This document shows, piece after piece, positions 1-7,957 of a stretch of DNA of 17,503 nucleotides; within the stretch, counting starts at the first letter, position 1; every line of letters starts with the position of its first letter. Source of the DNA: Phycisphaerae bacterium (lineage in GTDB: Bacteria; Planctomycetota; Phycisphaerae; UBA1845; Fen-1342); the NCBI GenBank assembly GCA_050115495.1, contig JASFQK010000062.1, positions 1 to 17,503 of the forward strand, written 5' to 3'. The notes below the pieces were generated by a model. It made no database searches. It saw nothing but the letters and a program-made list of their open reading frames with translations, and was not told where the DNA came from. Position numbers and translations under genes: made by a program.

Positions 1-36
1 ATCCCATACGATACGTCTGTGTTCATCCGTGAACAT
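1..36 (-). CDS. 5' end of a probable transposase (MFTDEHRRIVWD..., partial)
   Basis: ATG at 36 with AGGAGG (50..45) 8 nt upstream; the frame is open to the window edge. The product is inferred from IS-end context, and only 12 codons are visible. Confidence 0.55.
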   Translation of the reverse strand, partial: MFTDEHRRIVWD

Positions 37-124
37 CGGCGAGTCCTCCTGACTAAGTCTTGCTCAATAACCAACTTAGATCAGCGAGGACTCTATTCTG
101 TCAAGACCAAGGTTAGTACCATTG
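1..124 (-). mobile_element. Left end of a probable IS4-family insertion sequence (element continues beyond the left edge)
   Basis: The minus strand starts CAATGGTACTAACCTTGG (124..107), which resembles IS4-group terminal repeats. It is followed by TTGACA (104..99), a hairpin (41..93) covering an AGGAGG RBS, and an ATG at 36. The segment is AT-richer than the rest of the window, and half of a REP abuts position 125. Confidence 0.65.
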
Positions 125-320
125 GGTTTCACCCGCCGTTTCGAGCCCATGTAGGGCGCGTTCCACGCGCCGTCTGCGAACGGTGTGTGACCGTGCTCTG
201 TCCGAGCCGCGACCGGGAGGGAGCGGTGTTCGGCGACAACCCGTCGCTACCGCTCAGGGCTCGGATCGTTGTTGCCGCGGCCCTGGCGGATCGTCCGCGT
301 AGGGCGGGTTCCACCCGCCG
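125..320 (+). repeat. Cluster of GTAG-type REP palindromes plus a larger palindromic unit
   Basis: GTAGGGCGCGTTCCACGCGCCG (151..172), GTAGGGCGGGTTCCACCCGCCG (299..320), a truncated copy GGTTTCACCCGCCG (125..138), and the inverted pair TCCGAGCC (201..208)/GGCTCGGA (258..265). Confidence 0.8.
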
Positions 321-349
321 CTGGCCCGCACCGTTGATCGACGCGTCCG

Positions 350-817
350 ATGTCAGAAACCAACGCCGTCAAGTGGCTTCGCACGCAGGGGGTGGACTTC
401 ACTGCGCTCGAATACACGTTCACCGAGATCGGCGCCGATCACGCCGCCGAGGCCGTCGATCGCCCGCTCGAAATGGTCTGCAAGACGCTGATCGTCAAGG
501 TCACGGGCAACGCGTACTGGATCGCCATCGTTCCCGGCGATCAGCGTTTCGATACCCGCCGGATGGCCACCGCCGTCGGCATCGACCACGCTGACATGGC
601 CCCGCCGGCGGAGGCCGAGCGCGTCACCGGCTACAAGGTCGGCGGCATCTCCCCCTTCGCCATGCGTCGCAAGCTGCCGGTCGTTATCGAGGAATCGCTC
701 CTGGCCCTCGACCGCATCATCGTCAACGGCGGTCAACGTGGCGTTCTGGTCGAGCTGGCCACCGATGACCTCGTCCGCCTCCTCGACGCCCACCCCGCCG
801 ACATCTGCCGCACGTGA
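350..817 (+). CDS. ybaK: YbaK/EbsC-family aminoacyl-tRNA deacylase (Cys-tRNA(Pro) deacylase-like)
   Basis: 155 aa; starts TNAVKWL and has the catalytic KTL motif, GYKVGGISPF and NGGQRG, all typical of YbaK. Confidence 0.9.
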   Translation: MSETNAVKWLRTQGVDFTALEYTFTEIGADHAAEAVDRPLEMVCKTLIVKVTGNAYWIAIVPGDQRFDTRRMATAVGIDHADMAPPAEAERVTGYKVGGISPFAMRRKLPVVIEESLLALDRIIVNGGQRGVLVELATDDLVRLLDAHPADICRT

Positions 818-829
818 CACCGTTGGTCT

Positions 830-1035
830 GTGGCGCCGGATTGCATCCGGTGCGTCGTCGCGTGTTCTCGTGTAGCGTCGGCCCCCCGTGGCCGACGTGG
901 AACACCAAACGACGTTCCGCACCGGACATCTTCGGCGAGCCGTCAGCCGTCAGCCCTGAGCCGGCGTGTGGCATGCTGAAGCCTCTGGCGCCGGCATGTC
1001 TTCCTGCCTCGTCACCCTGAGCGAAGTCGAAGGGG
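830..1035 (+). repeat. Mosaic intergenic repeat block (BIME-like)
   Basis: GTGG palindrome (830..853); GTAG REP (872..898) identical to 17095..17121; AGCCGTC heptamers (938..955); a 46-nt module (957..1002) 43/46 identical to 17009..17054; GTCACCCTGAGCGAAGTCGAAGGG hairpin unit (1011..1034). Confidence 0.85.
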
Positions 1036-1045
1036 TTGCCTCGAT

Positions 1046-1840
1046 TCACCCGTTGCCTCGTTGCCCATCTTCTGTCGGCAAATAACGCTGCGCCCACGTC
1101 GCCAGCACGGCCGCCACGTACCGCGCGTCCGTCTCGCGGGTGATGAGCAGGTGATCCGCCCCGTCGAGCGCCACGAAGCTCTTCGGATGATCCGCCGCCG
1201 CGAAGAGCCGTTCGGCGTCTTCGATCGGAACGACCTCATCTGTCGGCGAATGGAACACGAGCAGGGCCCGGCCGAGGTTGGCAGCCAGCTCCGCCGGGTT
1301 GTGCCGCACGAGGTCGTCGAGCATCTGCCGTTTGATGCGTACGCGGTGCCCCATCACGTCGACGACCGCCTCGCCGCCGGCGAGCACTTCCGGCGCCTGG
1401 CCGGCGAGCAGATCGCGCAAATGTTGCGTCTGGCTCGGGGCGGCGATCGTGGCGACGGCGACCGACTCGGGGATGAGCGGGGCGGCGGCCAGCACGGCGG
1501 TCCCGCCGAGGCTGTGGCCGATGAGAATCCGCGGCGCCGCGTACTGCTCGCGCAGAAACGCCGCCGCCGCCACGAGGTCCTGCACGTTCGTGGAGAAGTT
1601 CGTCTCGGCGAAGTCGCCCTCGCTCTCGCCCAGCCCGGTGAAATCGAACCGCAGCACGGCGATCCGCCGATCGACGAGCTCCCGGCTGATCCAGTTCGCG
1701 GCCTTGAGGTCTTTGCCGCAGGTGAAGCAGTGGGCGAAGAGGGCATAGGCAACGGTATGAGCGGCGGGCGCATCGAGCCGTGCCGCGATCCGCTGCCCCC
1801 CGGCCCCCACAAAGCTCACGCGCAATCGTTGCGGCAGCAC
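1046..1840 (-). CDS. Alpha/beta hydrolase (resembles the hydrolase half of bifunctional hydrolase/OsmC proteins)
   Basis: 264 aa; AHCFTCGK, RFDFTGLGESEGDF, nucleophile motif GHSLGG, Asp in SPTDEVV and His in GADHLL. A GAGGAG RBS precedes the GTG start. Confidence 0.9.
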   Translation of the reverse strand: MLPQRLRVSFVGAGGQRIAARLDAPAAHTVAYALFAHCFTCGKDLKAANWISRELVDRRIAVLRFDFTGLGESEGDFAETNFSTNVQDLVAAAAFLREQYAAPRILIGHSLGGTAVLAAAPLIPESVAVATIAAPSQTQHLRDLLAGQAPEVLAGGEAVVDVMGHRVRIKRQMLDDLVRHNPAELAANLGRALLVFHSPTDEVVPIEDAERLFAAADHPKSFVALDGADHLLITRETDARYVAAVLATWAQRYLPTEDGQRGNG

Positions 1841-1867
1841 GCCAATCTCCTCGGTTGCCCAGGGGGG

Positions 1868-1873
1868 ATTATA
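1868..1873 (-). promoter_or_regulatory. Sigma70-type -10 box for the hydrolase gene
   Basis: Perfect TATAAT on the minus strand about 27 nt upstream of the start, within GC-rich DNA; no clear -35 box. Confidence 0.5.
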
Positions 1874-1939
1874 GCCGGGGTGGGGAGAGCTTCACCTGCT
1901 CGCCTGCTCTCCTGTTCCCCCGCTCTCGCGCAGCGCCCC

Positions 1940-2000
1940 GTAGCGGCCGGTCTCCGTGCCGGCCGTCTTCGTACCGTCCGGGCTCCGCACCGGACGTCTT
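1940..2000 (+). repeat. GTAG-type REP with a conserved tail module
   Basis: 1940..1967 is 25/28 identical to 17065..17092; the tail TCCGCACCGGACGTCTT (1984..2000) is 16/17 identical to 916..932. Confidence 0.75.
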
Positions 2001-2211
2001 TCCCCGGCCTCTCCCCGCGTGCCGGGATGCCGGCCGGAGTCCCGTGCTGTTGGGGCGGCGTGGGCGATGGACAGGGTTGCTTCTCGGGCCTCGGCGGCGT
2101 GTTGTCTTGTTGTTCATCCACCAGCGCCTGCACCTGTTGCATCTGCTTTCGTCCACGTTACGATGTCTCTGTCCGAATAGGCATGTCCCCGAGCAGCGGA
2201 GGGAGCGGATC

Positions 2212-3144
2212 GTGTCCAAGTCGTTCGATTACGACATTTTTCTGAGCTATGCCTCGCCGGATCGCGCCACCGTGCGTCAGCTGGCCGAGCGCCTCAGGAG
2301 TGATGGTTTGCGCGTCTGGTTCGACGAGTGGGAGATACGACCCGGCGACAACATCCCCCTCCAGATCTCACGCGGCGTCGAACATGCCCGCGTGCTTGTG
2401 CTCTTCATGACTCCAGCGTTCTTTGTGTCCGAGTGGACCAAGTTCGAGAGCTACTCGTTGATCTTCCGCGATCCCTCGAACCGGGACCGGCGCTTCATCC
2501 CGGTTCTGGCAACCGACTGCGAGCTCCCGGTGACGCTGGGCCAGTTCCGATACATCGACTGGCGTGGACGCGCCGACCAGGCGTACAGGACACTCCTTGC
2601 CGCCTGCGGTCTGAGCATCTCCACCGGCCAGCGTCCGCGGGCCATCTGCGGTACCGCTCGCGCGGCTCCAGCATGTCCCGGGGAAGACGGAACGATGTTG
2701 TCGCGTCGTAAGGTCTTGATTGTCGAAGACGCCGTGTTGCAGTCCTTGTACCTGGAGGAACTTCTCATTGAAAACGGTTTCGATGTGGCGATTGTGAATA
2801 CACCACAGGAATGGCGAGACCATAAGGCAGAACTGGATGCAGCGGTGATTATCTTGGACATGATGTTCTCAGTGCCGAGGGAGCAGGCTTGCGAGACGCG
2901 CGGTGGCTGTCTCGCTGGTATCGAACTCTATAGGGACATGCTGGCGTACCACCAGACAGCAAATAAGCCGATGCCACCCACGATTGTCCTCACGGCCATC
3001 GGCGCAGCGCGGGCAGAGATATACGACCAAGCCAGAAAGTACTTCGCCAACTTACCAGAGACTCAGAAGGTAGCCTGGATCGACAAACCGGTGAATGTAA
3101 ATACACTCCTTGCGCAGCTCAATACGCTGGCGGGGAGGCCCTAG
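2212..3144 (+). CDS. TIR domain (TIR_2-like) fused to a C-terminal response-regulator receiver domain
   Basis: The GTG at 2212 follows GGAGGGAG; the longer ORF from 1780 only adds repeat-derived sequence. TIR motifs: YDIFLSYASPD, GLRVWFDEWEIRPGDNI, SEWTKFE, RRFIPVL. Receiver motifs: KVLIVED, IILDMMF, GIELYR, IVLTA, WIDKPV. Confidence 0.85.
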   Translation: MSKSFDYDIFLSYASPDRATVRQLAERLRSDGLRVWFDEWEIRPGDNIPLQISRGVEHARVLVLFMTPAFFVSEWTKFESYSLIFRDPSNRDRRFIPVLATDCELPVTLGQFRYIDWRGRADQAYRTLLAACGLSISTGQRPRAICGTARAAPACPGEDGTMLSRRKVLIVEDAVLQSLYLEELLIENGFDVAIVNTPQEWRDHKAELDAAVIILDMMFSVPREQACETRGGCLAGIELYRDMLAYHQTANKPMPPTIVLTAIGAARAEIYDQARKYFANLPETQKVAWIDKPVNVNTLLAQLNTLAGRP

Positions 3145-3212
3145 CCGTGTGCGCCAGCGCTGAGGGCGGGCATCGGAAGACTGAGAGTCAGCGACGCCGT
3201 AGGACGGGGGCT

Positions 3213-3863
3213 GTGAGCAGGTACGTGGGTGTGGCCACGAAGCTAATGTTCGTCGTGACGGTTTTCTTCGGCGTGGTCTTTATTGCAGTCAACACAAGCG
3301 GGTCTCGTCCCCTCTGGGCAACTAGCGCTGTAGCGGGTTCGCAACCGGCGGAGACGACGGCAGCGTGGTTCGGGGCGCAAGTCATCGCGCTAGGCAGTTT
3401 CGTGATGGCCGCGGTTGGGTTGCTCGTCGGGCTAATGGCTGCGCTACTTGCGCGAGAGGCAGCAGGGTCGGCAGATGAAGTGCGAAGACAGCTTGGGGAA
3501 GCGCGCTTGTTGGTATGTCGGCTGAAGGCTCGCCATCGGACAGAGACTGGGTTTGTGGCAGCGCGGCGTCGAGCGTTGTTCGAGGTGCATGGTGTTTGGC
3601 GGCGAAAGGTCGTCCTGGCAAAGACGAGAGACGAGAGGATGGCTCTAACGAATGAACTGTCAGAGGTCGACCTGCTATTCGAATGTTGTGCCGCCCGCGA
3701 CGACTACGCGGCTGGGGCGCTGATAGAGCTGGCGGGTTATCGAAGGGGCGTGTACGGTCGGGGCATCGACGGTTTCCTGCGGGATCTTGGGAGGATCGGC
3801 TTGTACAGTGCTAACTCCAGGGCGCGCGCCATATTGGGGAACCTGATCGATGGCGAAGAATAG
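3213..3863 (+). CDS. Hypothetical membrane protein (2 predicted TM helices plus a helical C-terminal domain)
   Basis: Hydrophobic segments LMFVVTVFFGVVFIAV and VIALGSFVMAAVGLLVGLMAALLA, then a charged helical region. The start is either GTG 3213 (after AGGACGGGGG) or GTG 3147, 2 nt after the upstream stop. Confidence 0.65.
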   Translation: MSRYVGVATKLMFVVTVFFGVVFIAVNTSGSRPLWATSAVAGSQPAETTAAWFGAQVIALGSFVMAAVGLLVGLMAALLAREAAGSADEVRRQLGEARLLVCRLKARHRTETGFVAARRRALFEVHGVWRRKVVLAKTRDERMALTNELSEVDLLFECCAARDDYAAGALIELAGYRRGVYGRGIDGFLRDLGRIGLYSANSRARAILGNLIDGEE

Positions 3864-3894
3864 GATGCACGATTCGGAAGCAGTGCATCTCTTC
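3864..3894 (+). terminator. Possible weak terminator hairpin after the TIR islet
   Basis: GATGCAC (3864..3870)/GTGCATC (3883..3889) followed by TCTTC, directly after the stop codon. Confidence 0.3.
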
Positions 3895-4262
3895 GTGCGC
3901 GTGAGGGCCCGAGGGTCGTCAAGCTGACAGCGGTGTCCGCTCGTGCTGCAGCCATGGGACGCTACAGCCGACTTGTCACATCCTGGCGCGGATCCGCTGA
4001 ACTACCGTTATCGTGGGTCATCGCTGATTGGCGTGTGGCTGGCGCGTGGGCCTGCTCATCTGCGCAGATGCCGGGGTGCCCCTGGACGTCTGGGGCAGTC
4101 GGCGAGGCCGCTCCCTCGACGATACCGCCTTGCGTGGGCGGTGGGCAGCTGTACCGGGCCGGAGGCTGGCCTGCGATAGGCACGCGAGAGGCGGTTGGCC
4201 ACGGGGCCGCGGCGCCCGGGGCAGCTTGCGGGCAACCGCCGCCTCGCGCGGAGGAGCGCTGG

Positions 4263-5885
4263 TCAGCGGCGTGGTGGCGGTGGCCAGTCGAATCGCCACA
4301 ACCGCACCGCCCCGAAGTTGGGATCGTAGAACTCCAGCAGTTGTTGCGACGGGATGCCGGCGGCGACTTGTTCGCAGGCGCGGCCGAAGGGGGTGGCGCG
4401 GAGGTCTTTGGGGCGGGGGCCGAGGCCGCCGAGACTGCCGAAAACGTGGCTCGACTGGATCACGTACTCGGGACGATACGCCTCCAAGTGCGCGACGGCG
4501 TCCGCCTCGCACTCCCAATCCGAGAAGTACGGCGGAATGCTCGACACGAAATCGCGGTCGTGCAGGCCGTTCCAATACATCGTGTGACCCATGACCCGCG
4601 CGTGCGGCGGAATCTCCGCCGCCAGACGGGCCACGAAGCGGTCGTAGTCGGCCCCGCGATACGCATACAGGACCGCGAGCGTCGGCAACAGCGACATCGC
4701 CGCATAGAGCCCCAGTACGCCGACCACGACCGATCGGCGGAGCCAGCGATGCGATATCGCCGGCCCGATCATGCTTCCGCCGGCGTCGCCAGAAGGCGGC
4801 AGAGCCCGCCAGATCAGCGCAGCCAGCGCCGGTACGAGCACCACCAGGTACCGCCCGTGCGGCACGCGCACCAGCAGCGGCATCAGCACAGCGGCCGCGA
4901 GCACGAGAATCAGCAGCAGCCGATCACCTCGCCGACCGCGCCACAGCGCCCAGCCGGCGGACCACACCACGAGCAACAGTAGCGGTAGCCGCATCGGCAG
5001 GCGCAGAAAGTTCACCCACCGCTCCCGCTCGACGGAGAGCATCTCCATCAACGAGCGGAAATGCGCCCCCGTGCGAGCGGCGACCTGGTCCATCAGCCGG
5101 ACGTCGGTCGTAGCCTGCACGTACGCAACATACGCGACATACGGCGCCAATCCAGCAGCGACGCCGCCAGCCGCCCACAACCACCACGTTCCCCGGCGAG
5201 CCGCCGACCCCGCGGTAACGACGACCGCGACGACCGCCGCCGCCGTGAAGACCAGGGCGTTCGGGTGCGTCCAGCAGGCGAGGCCGATCAGTGCGCCGCC
5301 GACGAAGGCCCAACCGGCACTGCGGCGGTCGATGGCTTCGAGCAGAATCCACCACGACAGCCACAGCAGAGCGGCGAGGAAGATCTCCTCGCGCCCCGTT
5401 CGCCCGCAGATGAACACCCACGGGTCGATGGCGGTCATGAGAGCGATGCCGGCGGCGGCGAGCGGCCCGAACAGCTGTCGCATGATGCCATAGACGGCCG
5501 CCACGAAGATACCGCAGAAGGCGACGGCGACGAGGCGCGACTGCGTGAGGCCGTAGCCGATGACGCGATAGACCGGAGCGCTGACGACGTTGGCCAGCAG
5601 CCGCGGTTGCAGGAGGTAGCGGTCGGTCCCGCCGCGGCCCATCTGCCCCGGGTTGCGCGGACAGCCCTCGAAGGCAATCGTGTAGCCCGCCATCGCGCTC
5701 CACGAGTCATCGCCATACGCACGCGGCACGCGACCGAGCAGCGGCAGAAGCAGGACGGCGAGCAGCAGGACGAACGCGAAGAGGAAGCGGCGTTCGGCAG
5801 CGGAGGACGCCGCGCGAACGAGCCAGGGCAGGGCCGGCGTCCTCGCGGAGCCCGCTGCCCTCTCGTCGCGTTGAGCGTCGCTCAT
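4263..5885 (-). CDS. GT-C fold glycosyltransferase, family 39/ArnT(PMT_2)-like integral membrane protein
   Basis: ATG 5885 follows GGGAGGGG. Acidic YGDDSW motif after the first TM, SRLVAV, GRTGREE, GLACWTHP, RYLVVLVP, many TM helices and a soluble C-terminal domain. Confidence 0.8.
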   Translation of the reverse strand: MSDAQRDERAAGSARTPALPWLVRAASSAAERRFLFAFVLLLAVLLLPLLGRVPRAYGDDSWSAMAGYTIAFEGCPRNPGQMGRGGTDRYLLQPRLLANVVSAPVYRVIGYGLTQSRLVAVAFCGIFVAAVYGIMRQLFGPLAAAGIALMTAIDPWVFICGRTGREEIFLAALLWLSWWILLEAIDRRSAGWAFVGGALIGLACWTHPNALVFTAAAVVAVVVTAGSAARRGTWWLWAAGGVAAGLAPYVAYVAYVQATTDVRLMDQVAARTGAHFRSLMEMLSVERERWVNFLRLPMRLPLLLLVVWSAGWALWRGRRGDRLLLILVLAAAVLMPLLVRVPHGRYLVVLVPALAALIWRALPPSGDAGGSMIGPAISHRWLRRSVVVGVLGLYAAMSLLPTLAVLYAYRGADYDRFVARLAAEIPPHARVMGHTMYWNGLHDRDFVSSIPPYFSDWECEADAVAHLEAYRPEYVIQSSHVFGSLGGLGPRPKDLRATPFGRACEQVAAGIPSQQLLEFYDPNFGAVRLWRFDWPPPPRR

Positions 5886-5905
5886 GCCGGTCCCCTCCCG
5901 CCGGT

Positions 5906-7174
5906 CTAAGAGGCGGCTCTGCGGCGGCGGGCCTGTACTTCGGGAGCCTCTTTGATGCACGTGCCGAGGATGTTGAACGACTTACGCAGGGCGGCCCAGC
6001 CGGTACGGTGCAATTCCGCCGGATGTGCGCCGATTTCCGGATAGCCGTTCGCGTTAGGCTGCGCATCTTCCCAACCACGGAAGAGGCGGCCCCATTCGCT
6101 GTTGAGGACGCGGGCCATCTGCTTCTTCGCCCGCAGCGGATACCAGAACGAGTCGTGGTAGACGACGCTGGCGACGTAGGCCCAGGGGGCGAGCCACGTC
6201 TTGAGCGACCACTCGACCGGGCCCTTGAGCGGACCCCAGTAGATCAGGTGCTGCATGCGGCTGGCGAAGGTCATCTTCTTGAACGGACCATCGAAGTGCC
6301 AGTTTTCGCGGGCGGCTTCCTGATCGCCGACGATCTCGATCTGCGACGGATCGCCGCAGCCGAGGCCGCGCTCGTGGGCGAGGCGGATGAACTTGATGGA
6401 CAGCGGGTCCATGCCCATGAGCTTGGCGGCAACGGCGTCGATGGCGACCTGGTCGGCGCTCGCGAGAATCACGTTCTTCACGTGCGGCCTCATGCAGCGC
6501 GGGCCGGGGCCGTCGCCGGCGAAGGTGCCGTCCATCACCGCGAAGAGCCCGCGGTGGATCTTCTTTTGGATCATGAGCAGGTCGACGAGCGTCTCGTGGA
6601 TGACCGGGTGCGTCCAGTGGCGCTTCTCGTTGAGCAGACCGCCGAAAGCGTTCTTCATCGCGCCGGTGGTCGTCGTGAAGATATGCGTCTTCACCGTCGG
6701 CAAGTGGATGATGTTCTCGCCGATGAACCGGCGGGGGATCATGAAGCCCTGCGGATAGACGTCGTTGAGGCAGAGGAAGTCATCGGCCAGATCGCCGACG
6801 GCGTCACGAACGTTGATCCACTCTTCGCCTTCGTACAGGTGGACGTTGCGCAGGTTGTGCGCGTTGACGACGTTGATCTGCTTGTTCTCGCGCTCGCCGA
6901 AGTGAGCGTCGATGACGACGGTGCGGTTGTGGCAGCCGTGGATGAGGGCGGGGTCGTAGCCGTCCTGCTTCATGGCGCGGATGACGCCTTCGAGCTGCCA
7001 GGGTGTCGTGCTGCTGCCGGGGTAGAAGAAGTGCCAGGAGATATTGATCTTCAGGGCGGTGTCGGCCTCTTTGGCGACGACGTCCTGGTAGCCGGCGAGG
7101 TTCATCAACTCGTGGTAGTCGCGGAGAACCGTGGCCGGGGAGGTACGAAGAATGGCCACTTTCGAGCGTTGCAT
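5906..7174 (-). CDS. DUF362 domain-containing protein
   Basis: 422 aa; LKINISW, TTPWQLEGVI, IHLPTVKTH-x4-TGAMKNAFG, VMDGTFAGDGPGP and ASADQVAIDAVAAKLMG are DUF362 motifs. GAGGAG RBS. Confidence 0.85.
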   Translation of the reverse strand: MQRSKVAILRTSPATVLRDYHELMNLAGYQDVVAKEADTALKINISWHFFYPGSSTTPWQLEGVIRAMKQDGYDPALIHGCHNRTVVIDAHFGERENKQINVVNAHNLRNVHLYEGEEWINVRDAVGDLADDFLCLNDVYPQGFMIPRRFIGENIIHLPTVKTHIFTTTTGAMKNAFGGLLNEKRHWTHPVIHETLVDLLMIQKKIHRGLFAVMDGTFAGDGPGPRCMRPHVKNVILASADQVAIDAVAAKLMGMDPLSIKFIRLAHERGLGCGDPSQIEIVGDQEAARENWHFDGPFKKMTFASRMQHLIYWGPLKGPVEWSLKTWLAPWAYVASVVYHDSFWYPLRAKKQMARVLNSEWGRLFRGWEDAQPNANGYPEIGAHPAELHRTGWAALRKSFNILGTCIKEAPEVQARRRRAAS

Positions 7175-7252
7175 GCAGTCTCCTCTGTGTGGATTGTCTA
7201 CTCCATGCTAGTCGCCTAACCCCTGGCGAACAACCCGACGCTTTGAGCAGAC

Positions 7253-7309
7253 ACAAAAGGCCCGCCCGCGCTCCGGCGCCGCTGGGCGGCGCCGGGTTGC
7301 GCGGGCGGG
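7253..7309 (-). terminator. Intrinsic terminator for the secreted-protein pair
   Basis: Stems 7261..7271/7299..7309 and 7273..7282/7286..7295, followed on the minus strand by CCTTTTGT. Confidence 0.7.
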
Positions 7310-7332
7310 ACGCGGGGAGGGTAGCAGGGCGA

Positions 7333-7896
7333 TTACCGGATGCGGCTGCGGCGCACGGGGCCGACCGGATGCGTTCGCCGAATCGGCACGACGCGGGCAG
7401 GGGCGGCGTTGTACGCCCGGGTCGTCGCCGTGACGTTGCCCGTCGCGCCGGTCCGCCCCGTCGCGTACGAGACGGAGGGCGTTGCCAGGCGGCCGGCACC
7501 GCTGCCGCCGCCGGCGGTGACGGAGCGTTCACCCGAGCCCGTGGCTACGACGCGTCCCATGCTGCCGGAGACTTCGCCGTTACGGCCGATGCTTAGGTTG
7601 AAGTTCGTCGCCACGGCGGGGCCGAGCCGGGGGGCGATGGCCTCGCTGACCGAGAGGGACAAGCCGTCACGGTCGAAGCCCACCGCCACGCCGCGGGCGA
7701 GGTTCGTGCTGCCGCTGCGGGTGTCGGTGCGGGCGAAGCCGACGGTACCCGTGTAGTGGGCGGTGGCCGTCGCCGTGCCGGCGCTGCCGCGGCGGGCGTT
7801 CGTGGCGGAGGCCGAGGTATCTGCATCAGAGGCGAAAGACGTTGCGGCCAGTGACATCGTGGCCAGCGTCGCGGTGATGAGTGCCAGGCGTTTCAT
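7333..7896 (-). CDS. Secreted Gly/Ala/Thr/Ser-rich beta-strand hypothetical protein
   Basis: AGGAG RBS; Sec signal MKRLALITATLATMSLAATSFA; alternating polar/hydrophobic strands; Arg/Pro-rich tail. Confidence 0.8.
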   Translation of the reverse strand: MKRLALITATLATMSLAATSFASDADTSASATNARRGSAGTATATAHYTGTVGFARTDTRSGSTNLARGVAVGFDRDGLSLSVSEAIAPRLGPAVATNFNLSIGRNGEVSGSMGRVVATGSGERSVTAGGGSGAGRLATPSVSYATGRTGATGNVTATTRAYNAAPARVVPIRRTHPVGPVRRSRIR

Positions 7897-7957
7897 GGTT
7901 GTATCTCCTCGCTCGTTCGCGCTTATCGCGATGACCCTGGTTCGTTCGAGTCCCGGC

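Noticed and set aside
41..93. Integron attC-like hairpin
   Set aside because: It lacks properly placed RYYYAAC/GTTRRRY ends, and its overlap with an RBS inside an IS end explains it better.
1895..1917. Three 8-nt-period CCTG(C/T)TC repeats
   Set aside because: Too short to assign; probably a simple-sequence component of the intergenic repeat mosaic rather than an operator.
1780..2211. N-terminal extension of the TIR ORF
   Set aside because: It is a low-complexity translation of REP-containing intergenic DNA overlapping the hydrolase start; a good RBS precedes GTG 2212.
3864..4262. Small ORFs (3943..4179, 3962..4183) after the TIR islet
   Set aside because: No RBS, codon bias or recognisable motif; I cannot support them as genes.
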